A stretch of 64,000 bases of DNA from Eledone cirrhosa (Eukaryota). The stretch lies in assembly GCA_964016885.1 (NCBI GenBank), contig OZ024746.1:23808001-23872000 (forward strand). The letters are read 5' to 3'. The position numbers were made by a program, and so were the translations under genes. Each line of letters begins with the position of its first letter. Within the stretch, counting starts at the first letter, position 1. Below, one piece after another: positions 26,300-39,204 of this stretch. The notes beneath the pieces were generated by a model that was not told where the DNA came from, made no database searches, and saw only the letters and a program-made list of their open reading frames with translations.

Positions 26300-26680
26300 A
26301 GGAAAGTAACAAACCTAGAAAGTTATATAGCTGGACTAAATAATAAGCATCTCTGAAAACATAATAGCAACAAACAGAGCTCAATTTGAAGTAATTACAG
26401 CCCACCAACTTAACTACCCTTAATGAAAAAACAGATTTTAATTGACAGTGTAACTGTAGAAAACCCAATAGCTGCCCCTTGTTGAATAGTAAATGCATGA
26501 ATATCAACATTGCGTACCAGTGCAAAGTTACAACTAGCCATGGGATATTTAGATGTGTGGTCCACAGCCAAATTTTTAAAGAAAAGATTGTATGTACATG
26601 CCCATTCATTTAAAAATCCAGAGCTTCGAACATCTACCACTTTGGCTAGGAAAATATGGAAATTAAAAAATGAAAAAAAA
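26300..26680 (+). pseudogene. Degraded Penelope-like element (Neptune-type) Cys linker plus GIY-YIG endonuclease fragment
   Basis: From 26449 reads CNCRKPNSCPLLNSKCMNINIAYQCKVTT, then after a frameshift KRLYVHAHSFKNPELRTSTTLARKIWKLKN. Fits the CxC..CPL..C..VY..V..KxR..H..SF..ST.L..IW.LK pattern of Neptune-group PLEs. Confidence 0.75.
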
Positions 26681-27711
26681 AAAAATATGATCTATCATGG
26701 TCGATTCTACACCCACCCCCTACCGACATGAAAGAAAGGATTGTGATCTTTGTATAGTGGAAGTATTAGAAATCACTGAACTTCAGGAAAGAAATTACTG
26801 AACTTTAGATGAGATGGGATATTCAGCTGTAAACAAAAATATCTAAAAACATTTTCTAATTATAACCCTGGCTAACCCATGATTAGAACCTATCATTCTT
26901 TATCCATTTCTCAATTTCTGTCACTTGTATCTCTTTCAAATAACCAATTTTATTACATAGACAAGTGGCACTGAATCTACGATTTTAATTTCACCTTTAT
27001 CTGTAACTTTCAAGCTGATACTACTAATATTAAAAAGATTTACGGCCGTTTCCTTTAACTTATTCAATCCCTTTAATCTATAGATTAATTATTTCTCAAC
27101 CATGGACATGTCTTATTTATGTAGCATCAAAAATTGTTGGAAACCCAAAGTTTAGCTTAGCAATACCCACCTGTTTACATTCGTTACTATTACTCAAATT
27201 CTAAAAATTGTATTCATTTTCTGACAGTTTGTTGAGTTCTGAAGTATTGTGATAGAATGATTGGAAATATTAATGTCTCTAAACAGCCCCAAAGACCATG
27301 ACATAACTCAATAATGATTTCTAGTATAGGAACAAGGCCAGTAATTTTGGGGGAGGGGAAAGTCGATAAATCGACCCCTGTACATTACAGGTACTTTATT
27401 TTATCGACCCCATAAAGATGAAAGGCAAAGTTAACCTCGGCGGGATTTGAACTCAGACCATAAAGGGCCGTAACTCTAAGCTGCAAAGCATTGTATCAGA
27501 CGTTCTACTGATACTGCCAATCCACCGTCCTATAACTCAATAATGAAACCTGTTAAAATGTATAATTTTCTAATCATGACTTGTCTGTTTTTCCTAACAT
27601 TTTAACATATATTTGATGGACACCCTCATTGTTTATTGACATATGAGGGTTCAACAGTCTTCTCAGTTAAATTCTTTCTGGTTATGCATTAAATGGCACT
27701 TTAGTATATTT

Positions 27712-27794
<83 letters not shown>

Positions 27795-28194
27795 TATCAA
27801 ATTATGCTTTATGGAATGCTAGGGAAATTTGAAAATGTGAGCACTCCAAGAGCAGAACTTGACTATCATAATAGTTGATCACTATAAATGATAGTTGAGA
27901 AAATTGAGTAAAATACTTTTAGAAACTTTTTTTCCATTTCTAATGGAATTTTACCTGACTTTCTCGACTACTATTTATAGTGATTTTATGTTATTTCTGT
28001 CATTTTCTGCATTTGGTCTGCTAACATTTTCAAACACACATACCTCAGCCCACATACACATTACATATAACTGTTAATGTACCTGTTGAAACAAGAACTG
28101 CTGTTTAAAGCTGTGTATTCAATACATGAAATAGTGAATATATTTTAATTTATTAAGTTAATGAAATATATATATATAACACAAGTAAGAAGTA

Positions 28195-28237
<43 letters not shown>

Positions 28238-28313
28238 ATTGTGTGTGTGTGTATATATATATGTAGGTGTATGTATGTATATGCAGGTGTGTGTATGTTT
28301 GTGTGTCTGTGCA

Positions 28314-28348
<35 letters not shown>

Positions 28349-29039
28349 GTTTCTACTTTAGGCACAAGGCCAGCAATTACCCAGTGCATTACTGGTACTT
28401 TATTTTATCGACCCCCGTAAGGATGAAAGGCAAAGTCAACCTCGGCGGGATTTGAACTCAGATCGTAAAGGGACGTAACTATGCTGGAAAGCATGGCGTC
28501 CGACCGTCTACCGATACTGCCAAATGTGTGTGTGTATGTGTGTGTAACCTTTTACTTTATTCTAAATTACAAACAGGGATAAAGCAAAATTACGGTTGTG
28601 ATTTCTGATGATTAGTTGTTTATTCGTCTGGTGTCTTCTAGTGTGTTGTAACAACTAAGCTCTCTAGTGACATTCACCAAGTTATTAATCCTTTAAATAT
28701 CACTGAAGGGCAAGAGGCATTCATCTGAGCCAGGGAGCTGCAGGAAGAGGAGGAGAAGGAAGAGGAGTGATGATGATGATGATGAAGGTGGTGGTGGAGG
28801 AGGAAAGGAAGATGGTGAAGGGGTGGTGGTTGTGGTGGTGGAGAAGGAGGAAGAAAAGATATACATTGTAAGGGGGAATGAACTGAAAGTAAGTGGTTGC
28901 CCCAAGTCATGTATTCATTCACAAAGAAATTATATTATATCAAAGAGTAAGAACACATTTTTAAAAAAGAATAATATATTTATCTAATATTTTATTTGGA
29001 GCAGATATAATAGGCTATTTTAATGAGTTATACAAAACT

Positions 29040-29545
29040 ACTGACAATAAAGGGATTCTGCCACTTTGAGTGAAAGGTAGATTATAAGATGCCTGTGTAT
29101 GAATTGTGATGTTGCATAGTAGTGAGACATGGGCATTGAAGGCAGATGGTGTGTGCAGGGATTAGAAAGAAAGGAGGCTAGCATGCTCTGCTGGTTGTGT
29201 AATGTTTGTGTGCATGAACAATGATGCATGGATGAGTTGAGAGAAATATTGGGTATGAAAGGAATTAAAAGTAGTGTGCAAGAGAGGAGACTGCACTAGT
29301 ATGGATATGTGATGCACATGGGTGATGATCATCAGGGAGAAGTACCAGGAGTTTCCTTTCCTAGTGGAAGGAATTTATGGAAGAGGGCAACTGGGAAAAC
29401 CCTGAGTAGTTGTGATGAGATCTGATCTCAGAATGTTGAGCCTTTTAGATGATGACATAGGAATGCAACAAATGGTGGAAAGCTGTGCTGGAAAAGATTC
29501 CAACCTATGCAAGCATAGAAAACTGGACATAAAAATGATGATGAT
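29040..29545 (+). pseudogene. Old degraded RTE 3' fragment
   Basis: Remnants of GRL.DAC, SETWAL, ERRL..YGYVMHM and a (TGA)n tail. Confidence 0.75.
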
Positions 29546-30479
29546 AATAATAATTGATTCAACTTTTGACACAAGGCCAGCAATTACCCCGGTGCATTAC
29601 TGGTGCTTTATTTTATCGACTCCATAAGGATGAAAGGCAAAGTTAACCTTGGCGGAATTTGAACGCAAACCGTAAAGGGCCGTAACTCTATGCCACGAAG
29701 CAGGGTGTCTGATGCTATACCGATTCTGCCAATCCACCGCCTTTGATGATGATAATAATAATGGTGGTGGTGGCAGAGACATTACCATCACTGCTGCCAA
29801 TTCATATAAGTTGCTTCTTTATTTTACATTTTTACATATAACGTTTACAATGTTTTTTTTTTTGTTTTTTTTTTACTATAATAGTAGGTGACTATTTTAT
29901 TTTACAAAGTTGTTTATACACAAACAAAATACACTATGAAAGGGAAGAAAAAAGGAAATGTAAAGAAAAGAAGAAAGAGGGATTAAGCAACAAAACGGAG
30001 GAGGGAGGGACAGATACTACACTAGTCTAAGCAGTGTTTTTAGCTGTTCCTCGTGGACAAAATGCATTACTGTGAAGAATGGTCTGAGACACCAGTTGCA
30101 ACAGCCACCCAACCTCATGGGGTTCCTTCTTCAAGCAGGCTGCTGTCTTTCCGATTTTACAGAGGAAATCTGTAGTGCAGAGACCAAGGATACCAGAGGT
30201 CTCAACAGTACACAAAGGAAGCTCTGATATTTAACCATCTTCTACTCCTCTGCATCGAGGTTTTGTGGATCCAGTAAAAAGTCATATGCTAGTTCTCATG
30301 TATTTTCTTGGAAAAAAGGTGTGACTTATATACATGTAGATATACCAGTAATTTTGTTTCCTCCTCACCTTCTTTAGTTACAATTCTATGTTGCTTTATC
30401 CCAGTTGTTTAGTTCTTTTCAATGCCAATATAATGGTTTGTTGTTTTTTTTGTTCAGCTCTTACCATCCTGTAATGATT

Positions 30480-31085
30480 TAACAGAAAATATCTAAAAAT
30501 AGGTTTATGAATTCAAATGTTTAGAGTATATTTATTAATAGACAGATTGTTGTGAAAATTTGCAGTATTAAAAGTAAAGACTTTAATTTTTAAAGTGATG
30601 GAACTCGTAGTTCTGTTTTGTACCTTTCAAGAATGTCTTGCTATTGTGGTTTCATGTGGTTTGTCATTCAAATGTTTATAGTATTTTTTTTATTAACAGA
30701 TTTTTGGGAAATCACAGTGTTAAAGTAATGGATTTAATTTTTAATGTAATGCAGTCATGGTGCTGTTTTATATTTTGCAAGAATGTCTTGCTAGTGTGGT
30801 TTGTTAATTCAAATGTTTATAGTATCTTTTATTAATGGACAAATTGTGAAATTTTGCAGTATTAAAAGTAATGAATTTAATTTTTAATGTGATGCAGTCA
30901 GTTCTATTTTGTACTTTACAAATGGTTACATGTGGTTTGTTAATTCAAATGTTTATAGTATTCTTACTAATGGACAGATTATTGGGACAATTTGTAGTAT
31001 TAAATAAGGAGTTTAATTTATAATATGATGCAGTCACAGTACAGTTTTGTACTCTTCAAGACTGTCTTGCTAATATGGTTTCACA
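30480..31085. repeat. ~140-bp tandem repeat x4 with dispersed monomers at ~17100-17215 and ~23140-23270
   Basis: attcaaatgtt recurs near 30511, 30667, 30807, 30943, followed by similar blocks (tttgcagtattaaaagtaa, tgatgcagtca). Confidence 0.8.
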
Positions 31086-33509
31086 TGATACATGACATTA
31101 AGAATTAAAGTAATATTAGTCATAATAATGCTGAATGTGTTTATGAGCTTGTATTATATAAAGTCCTTGATGAATGATAAACTATTTGAAAGTTTCATTT
31201 GTAATATATTAGCTTTATTGTTTTGATACAAAAAACTGTTTCTAATAAAAATAAAACAACTTCATTCATGATTGTTAGAGTAATGGACAAAATACCTTGT
31301 ATTTATTCTGGATCTTTGTACTCTGAGTTGAAGTCCTGCTGAAGTCAACTTTTATCAACTTTCAGGTTTGATATATAGGTTTAATCCAAAGCAGTAGATT
31401 GGCATAATTGTTAAAGCATTGGACTAGATACCTTGCTGTATTTGTTTCAGTTCTTTGTATTCTAAGTGCAAATCCTGCTGTGAGATGTGTGACTGGTGGA
31501 CAACCCTTTTATGGTCATATTTTTAATGAAACACACTTTCAATTTGTTAATAAAAAATTTAGAGAGATTTACTGAGATTATTAATTATTTCATTTTTAAG
31601 ATGGCATTTAGGTTGGTGGATTGGCAGTATGAGTAGAGCATCAAACCATGCTTTGCAGCTTAGTTATATCCCTTCACATTCTGAGTACAAATCCTGTCAC
31701 GGTTAGCTTTCCCTTTCATCCTTATTGTTTTGTCTGCCAAACCCAGTAGCATGAAGGTTGAGCCACCCTAACGTGGGCTGGGTGTGACATTTTGAGGCAG
31801 CATTTTATGGCTGAATGCCCTTCCTAATATCAACTTTCTTAGTCACCTCTTACCACAAGTAGTAACTCGGTGATGTTTATATTGACATATTGTCTGATCT
31901 ATAGCAGTTATATAACTATACTATCAGACGTCATATATAGGTTCGATCAGACCGTCTTCTTCAGAAACAATTATATTATGTATATCATCATCATCGCCGT
32001 TTAGCATCCATTTTTCCATGCTTGCATGGGTTAGATGTGTCATCCATGTCAGGAGACATGTCTGGCTAGAATTGGCCACACCATACCTTGCTCTGATGTG
32101 GACTGTAAGAAAAAAACAGAGATAGTTGAATGTTTTGCCATTGGACAATGAAAGGGGACTGCTCCTAAAATCATGTAGATGTGCCCCATGTCCCTAAATT
32201 AAATTCAAACACATCCTTCAAAACTACACTCCAGCCCTCTCAGCCAAACAACCTGTTACAATTTTTTGTATGGGGGCACAGACATCATCAGGTTGCATGT
32301 ATGTATGTATGTGCATATATATATGTGTGTGTGTGTGCGTGTGCATATATATGTGTGTGTGTGTGTGTATCTATGTTGACACAGGACCATGACCTCTGGC
32401 ATCACGCAGTAATACAGAAGACCCAACTTCCTACAGGAACAAGCCAAAGCTGAAGCATATAGACAATATGCCCCCACTCCTCCCACTGCAAAGTGGTCAT
32501 GAAGGTGCCACAGCAAAAGAGCACCCAGCCCACACTGTAACGTGGTTGTGTAGGCGCCATGGAAAAAAAAGCACCCAGCACTCACTGTAAATGAGGTTGG
32601 TGTTAGGAAGGGCATCCAGCTGTAGAAATCAAGCCAGAATCAGTTCCCATATGAGAAAGACAAGATCAGCCGACCGGGCATTGCCGACGACAGGACAACC
32701 CGTCTAACCCATGCTAGCGTGGAAGAATGGACATAAAACGGTGATGATGATGATATGCATATATGTTTATGCTTGTGTAAATACTTGTTAATAGTCTTTT
32801 ACTTTTTAAACATTAAATTTAAACATTATCTAAATTAACAGAGGCATTCTACTTATATTTGCTTTAAAGTTGATATTCAAAATTAATTTCCTCTAATTTT
32901 CAAATGTTCTCATCAAATATTGACTTCTCCTTTTCGAAAACATTGCACATTACCTTGATAGCTGTTAGCAGTCACATAAGCTCACTTCTCTCTAAATCTG
33001 TCACTCTCTCTTCCCCTCTCTCACTCTTGTTCTTTCCTTTCCTTACTGTCCCTCTCTCTGTCTCTCTCCATCTCTTTCTCTCTTCTGTATCTTTCTCCAT
33101 TTCTGTATTTCTCTTTCTTTTTCCTCTCTCCATTTTCATTTCTCCCTTCATATCTCTCTCTTCTGCCCCATTTTCTCACTCTCTTTCCTCTCTCTGTTTC
33201 TCACCATTATCATGTGTTAAATATCTAAATATATGAGGCTCCCCCACTTATCTGACTAACAGGAAACTAATCATCCCAGTTTAGAAATACTTTAAAGGTT
33301 TCTATCAGTTTCTACAACAAATTTATACTGTTCCAATGTAAAATGTAATGGATTCTGAAGAATTCTTAACAAATCCATTATGGAATCTCCTAGACCTATT
33401 CTCTGTGTGTATATATGCCAATTTTTCATATTACCCACTCTACTACCTCAAGTATCAAGTACTCTGATGAGTAATGGTCTAACTGGTTTACCACCTCCAT
33501 TCTGATATA

Positions 33510-33857
33510 TCATCATCATCATCATCATCAACGTTTAACGTCCGTGTTCCACGCTTGCATGGGTTTGGACGGGGGTAGTCCCACTTGAGGCAAGAGTGAT
33601 TGTCTTGCTCGCATAGGACTGTCTGGCAGGTTTTCTACAGTTGGATGCCCTTCCTAACACCAACCACATTTACAGTGTGGGTCTGGGAGGTTTTTACCGT
33701 GTTGCCTACACGGCCACATTACAGCGTGGACTGTGTGTTTTTTTGTCGTGACACCTACACGATCTCATTTGTTTCGGCCTCGAAGGCGCGGCACCAACAT
33801 AACTTTACATAGAACGGGGTGGTGTGGATCGGGTGGGGGTGGGGGTGGTGGGACGGG
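33510..33857 (-). mobile_element. RTE-A 3' UTR-only copy
   Basis: Near-identical to 4204-4541. Confidence 0.9.
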
Positions 33858-35491
33858 ACCCTCTCATTCTGTATGCTGTATATGTTTTCTGTATGTTGTA
33901 TATATTTGTAAGTCCTGATGGACTAGGTGTTTTTACAGAGTGGGTTGTAAATGGGTGCATCTCTCCCCAACAGCACCTTGATTTTTCCCTTGCACATTGC
34001 TTTGCAATCTTAAACACCTCAGGCCTTTGGTTCACACTTTACAGAAAGTGTGCAAACTTTTTACATTTTACTTTTTACTTCCTTCCTTGCTAAGTGTGCC
34101 TGATTCCTAGCTTTTTGAAACTGCCCTTTCACCATTTTGCCAGTCTTTTCATGCCTGTTTCTAATACTTAATCATCTCATCAACCCTGCTAGCCCACTAC
34201 CATATCATCCATTATTGCCCTGGGACCTTGCACCAGCCACAGATCTCATCTGTAGTCTTCAGCAGGTTATCTTGCAGAACCTCCACTGCTTTTCAATGCT
34301 GATTCAAATTTTCACCTATATTGAGTTCCAGCCAAGAGCAGGGTAAGAGAGCATTGTCTTGAAAGTGAGCAGTCAGATAATTGTCGACAGTTACCCAACC
34401 CTGTTTCAGCTGGAATCTGCTAGATGGCTCTACCACGTTAGCTTCCAAAATTCATAGCTAAAGGCTTTCAAATGTTTATTCATACTTTTTATTGCTAGAT
34501 ATACAAAGTACACATACTTATATTAATGAAGTCTTGGTATTTTGATATTTAAAATGTTTTAACTGTCGTTTAAAGTATAGTCTTTGTTTCACAACTCTAT
34601 TATGTTAAGTTTCAACAAGTTTCTCGAATTTGTGTTTACTTCCCGTTACTCGCTTGCTAGGAATACTTTGAAAGCAATTGATCAAATAAGAGAACTTTGT
34701 ATAAGGATTCATAAAGTAGAAGAGGTAGAGAGAGACAGCAAATGAGAGTGAGGAGAGGCAGAGTTAGAAGCGAAAGAGAGGGTGAGAGAGAGAAGCAAAA
34801 GAGTGACAGCAATAAAATAAAATCAGAGAAACGAATCAGTGTGTGTGTGTGTGCATGCACGTAGGGAATTTTAGGTTCCGAAATATTAGGATGGAAGAAA
34901 CACTAACAACAACAAACAAAACAAAGATCACAAGGTAGCTTACTTTTTTGTTACCTCATCTTACTGTCTATTTTGCATTGTTTAGCCATATATCACTTTC
35001 CACATTATATACAATGCTTCAAGCCAACTACAACATTTTATTTTATATATATAAAATACGTAGTTAAGAAAGCCACAACAATGCAGAGGGAAATCTCGAG
35101 GTAGGAAGTGAAAGATAGATAGGAGAAACAGGTGAAAGTGAAAATTGAGAGAGACAAAGATGAAAACAAAACAAAGGTAGAAGGGTTACCGTAGTGGAGA
35201 TTTAATCCCAATATTTCGGGCTCACGCCCATCAACGGGGGAAAGTTCCAAAAGGGGGGGAACAGGCCAAGTGGAGAAAGTTGTGATGTCGTTAAGACAGG
35301 AATGCCGTTATATATATGTATATATGTGTATATATAATAATAATAAGGGTTGATGGACCCAGCATATTTATCAATGCCAGTACTGGTTGTATCTCAGCAC
35401 ACTCAATGGGCAATGTAAGATACATTACCAGAGTATACACAATAGTTATTTGCCTCAACACAACACACGTAAAACGGGTGCCTATAAGGTT

Positions 35492-35601
35492 CCCGGCCTT
35501 GAGTTTCTGCCACACTAATGCAGCAGTAAGGTGCACTGCACCATCTGTCTGCATATATTATGCAACAATGCACAATCGGCTTATGCAACTTCATCAGCGG
35601 G
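35492..35601 (-). ncRNA. Type I hammerhead ribozyme with 83-nt domain II; cleavage triplet mutated (GGC)
   Basis: Minus strand CCCG-CTGATGA-(83 nt)-GAAAC-TCAA-GGC-CGGG; the sister repeat reads GAAAC-TCGA-GTC-CGGG (36351-36336). Confidence 0.65.
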
Positions 35602-36063
35602 TATCACCTAATCAATAACCAATCGATCGACAGAATCCAGACACCGGCCCATGCCAGTCATGACTGTTTGTGACAACCGACACGGTAAAGCGATTAGCAA
35701 CTGGCAACCGATAGGACTCTATCTTTCAACTAGCCACTGATTTACAAATTTTACCTGGGGACGGGAAGCTAAAAAGAATCAATCTTTTAGTTCCTGTGAG
35801 AAGCTCTCAGCCAACGTGTCTCACACACAAATTATCAAGGGGTAAAAAGATGGCTATTAGAAATAGCAGTTCACATTGATATAAAATAGAATGGTAGCAT
35901 TCGGTTCATGTCTCCAAGCCCCATGGCTAGAGGAAAGCGATGGTAACAATGGTAGTGCCAAGAACCTTTAACGGACTTTAAATGCGATCATCCATTATAT
36001 AACAATATAGTGGCGAGCTGAAATGTGTCAGCCACGTGCGTAGATAACCAGTCTAATTCACGA

Positions 36064-36154
36064 CTTAAAAGAGTGAGAGACAAAATTAGTAGCTGGAAAA
36101 AGAGTGCATATCAAAACAAAAACACAATAAAAAGTGAAAAATTGTTTAACTTAC
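36064..36154 (-). other. Putative 91-nt spliceosomal intron inside the element
   Basis: Minus strand GTAAGT donor at 36154, TACTAAT branch-like motif, tttgtctctcactcttttAAG acceptor ending 36064 (alternative AG at 36093). Confidence 0.5.
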
Positions 36155-36365
36155 TCTCAATATTCCGCTCGTTGGGAGATAATAATAATAAGGGTTGACG
36201 GGCCCAGCATATTTATCAATGCCAGTAACGGTTTTATCTCAGTGCACTCAATAGGCAATGTAAGATACATTACCAGAGTATACACATAGTTATTTGCCTC
36301 AACACAACACACGTAAAACGGGTGCCTATAAGGTTCCCGGACTCGAGTTTCTGCCCACTAATGCA

Positions 36366-36411
<46 letters not shown>

Positions 36412-37554
36412 TCACAATGTGTATATATACATTTCAAGATAAGCTTCAAATTATCTTCTAACATTTGGAAATGTCTCTCAGCATTTGAGAAATTAACAAT
36501 ATATATTTTAATCCAATTAAACCAAAATTATTATGTGAAGTCTGATAAATAATTCTTCACAATACTTTTTTGGTATCTTTAAAGAATCAGTTGCATTAGT
36601 ACTGCTTATTATTTCCACTAGAATTATTGATTAACGGATAATAGAAAATTGTTTTGGTTGCAGAAGTATCCATTTCACATTTTATTTAAATCTCAAGGTA
36701 ATTGTTATTAATATGCAGCACAGACTTGACTGTGTGCTTAAGAAGTTTGCTTTGCAACCATTTCATTCTGTATTTGTTACTACAGTGTGGCACCTGGGGT
36801 ATGTATCTTATACCTTAGTCTCAAGCTGATTAATGCCATATTAGGGAATTCACTAGACAGAAACTGTATGGAAGCCTCCAAGGCAATGTCTTCTCCATTC
36901 TGTCAGCTGGGACCACGAGGCAGACTGACCCTTAAGTTTCATTTATAGTGGTGGCATGAGGAATAGATTTACTTGCATAACCATAAGTAAGTTGAGAAAA
37001 AAAACATGATTCAGGGAAGAAGCTACTTTGATTATCAGCAGAGGGCACTGGGTACATTTTATCATGGCACCAGCATTATAAAGGTTGTCATGTCCTTGAC
37101 GTGTCCTCCCTACCCTTTGTTATCTCTTCTCAATAATAATATTTAAGCGTTTGCATTTAATGACCTTGCATAAATATATTTCTTTTTGAGAAAAATTTAA
37201 AGAAATATGATAATGCCAATTCATATTTTGAATTAAAGAGAATTTTATAATAAAAAAAAAATTGGACAGTCATTCTGAATATATTAAAAGTTAATTAAAA
37301 ATATAAATAAATAAAATCCAAACATTTGCCAGATAAATTAAAATAGCAAAAATTAAACATTAAATAGACAAAAATATGTATTTATCAATGCAGGGATTGC
37401 TGTATGATTGAGAAATTTGCTTTACAACCATGTAGGGTTTTATATTCAATCCAACTGCAAGCCACATTAGACAAGTATCTTCTACTATATCTTTGGGTTG
37501 ATTAATGTCTTGTAAGTTAACTTTAGTTGACAGAAACTGTTCATAAACCTGTCA

Positions 37555-37749
37555 TACAAGGGTGGGCTAAAAGGTTCATAGACTGACTAGGAAGGAGTGA
37601 TGCTAGAGCTGTGAAATATTGCGTGCATTAATTTCAACTTCTTAATAACTGCATTGTTTATTTCCAGAGAATGTTGAAAAATAAACCTCATTTAGTCGGT
37701 CCATAAGAGTATTTTGGTGAGCCTATGAAATTTTCAGCTGACCCTCGTA
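37555..37749. mobile_element. Mariner-type MITE, copy 2 (inverted relative to 13319-13516)
   Basis: ta-caagggtgggctaaaaggttcatagactgac ... gagcctatgaaattttcagctgaccctcg-ta. Confidence 0.8.
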
Positions 37750-38133
37750 TGTGTGTGTCATCATCATCATCATCATCATTTAATGTCCCTTTTTCTATTC
37801 TGGTATGTGAATGCCTTATTATTGAACTTTGGTTGACAGACAATGTTCAGAAAATGGTCTTACAAGTATGTGTGTGAGTGTCATCATCATCATCATTTAA
37901 TGTCAATTTTTCTATCCTGGCATGGGTTGAATTAGTTGTCACAAATCAAGTCGGTTCTTAATCAGAGCTGTTGTCCTCCCAAATGAATTGGGAAACTACA
38001 TTTCATTTAAATACATTCCAGTTGTGCTAAAGCTTCTACTGTAAGATGCCCATCCTGTCACCAACCACTTTACAGAGTATATTGGGTTACATTTTTATCA
38101 TGTCCATGACACACTTGAAGAGTCCTGTCAAAG

Positions 38134-38186
<53 letters not shown>

Positions 38187-38528
38187 GAGATATATATATA
38201 TTTATCAACATCTAATGTCTATTTTTCCATGCTAGCATGGGTTAGACGAGTTGTCCCATTGAGACGAGTCGTCCCATTGAGACAAGTCAAATCAGATGAC
38301 CATGTCTTTCCCATTCAGAACTGTTTCTGTTTTGGTTTTCGACAGCTGGATGCCCTTCCTAATGTCAACCCCATGTACAATGTGGATCAGTTGCTTTTTA
38401 TCATGGCACCAAAGTGACCTATTCAGTGTGGGTTGGGCCTGCTTTTTCATATCCCCAGTATGATCACTTTACAATGTGGACTGGATGCTTTTTGTTGTTA
38501 CCAACTCACACATACATCAAGAAAACTT

Positions 38529-38562
<34 letters not shown>

Positions 38563-38819
38563 TCTATAGTAGAAGACACTTGCACAAGGTACCATGCTGC
38601 TAGACTGAACCCAAACCCATGTTGTTGTGAAACAAACTCCTTCACTACATTGCCGGCTCATGCCTGTATTTAGAAATTGAAATGAATACATTTGACATAT
38701 ATATTTGATATAATTGATTTTGAGAACAAAAGTATCTATCAAGATATTAATTATTAAAGACAAAATTATAATTATCAATTTCTGACAATAGTAACTTATA
38801 TTTCTTTTTTTGCATCCAT

Positions 38820-39185
38820 ATTGATAAATATTGATATATTAGTGGCATGTATTGCTAATATTGATACACTACTAGCATATATTGGTATATTTGCATATGT
38901 TGGTATGATATTTTCATATGTTGGTATATTTTCATATGTTGGTATATTTTTATATGTTGGTAAATTTTCATATATTGGCATAATATTTGCATATATTGGT
39001 AAAATATTCACATATAGTAGTATAACATTTGCATATGTTGGTATTATATTTTCATACGTTATAATATTTACATATATTGGTATATTTGAAGCATAAATTG
39101 GTATATATTGATCTATTTGTCATATATATTGATATAATATCGACATATGTTGGTATATATTAGTATATTACTAGTATATATTGCT
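38820..39185. repeat. Degenerate ~18-21-bp tandem repeat (catatgttggtatatttt)
   Basis: Directly visible. Confidence 0.75.
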
Positions 39186-39204
39186 ACAGGAGAAGTATGT
39201 AATT

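Larger units (their letters stand above)
35335..36368 (-). mobile_element. Non-autonomous Penelope-like / retrozyme-like element with ~190-bp direct terminal repeats
   Basis: 35335-35525 and 36180-36368 are direct repeats; both ends abut (TA)n/(ATT)n; the repeats carry hammerhead core halves; no long ORF. Confidence 0.75.

Noticed and set aside
29840-30350. Possible L1/Tx1 3' end and a lone pogo-like TIR (30320-30350)
   Set aside because: No recognisable protein motif or partner TIR could be supported.
31925-31968. Minus-strand CTGAAGA...CGAACC hammerhead-like string (also CTGACCCTGGGCGAAA at ~41597-41612)
   Set aside because: Too many core deviations to support.
33474-33505. CTGATGAG followed by a weak hairpin
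   Set aside because: No GAAA/NUH half.
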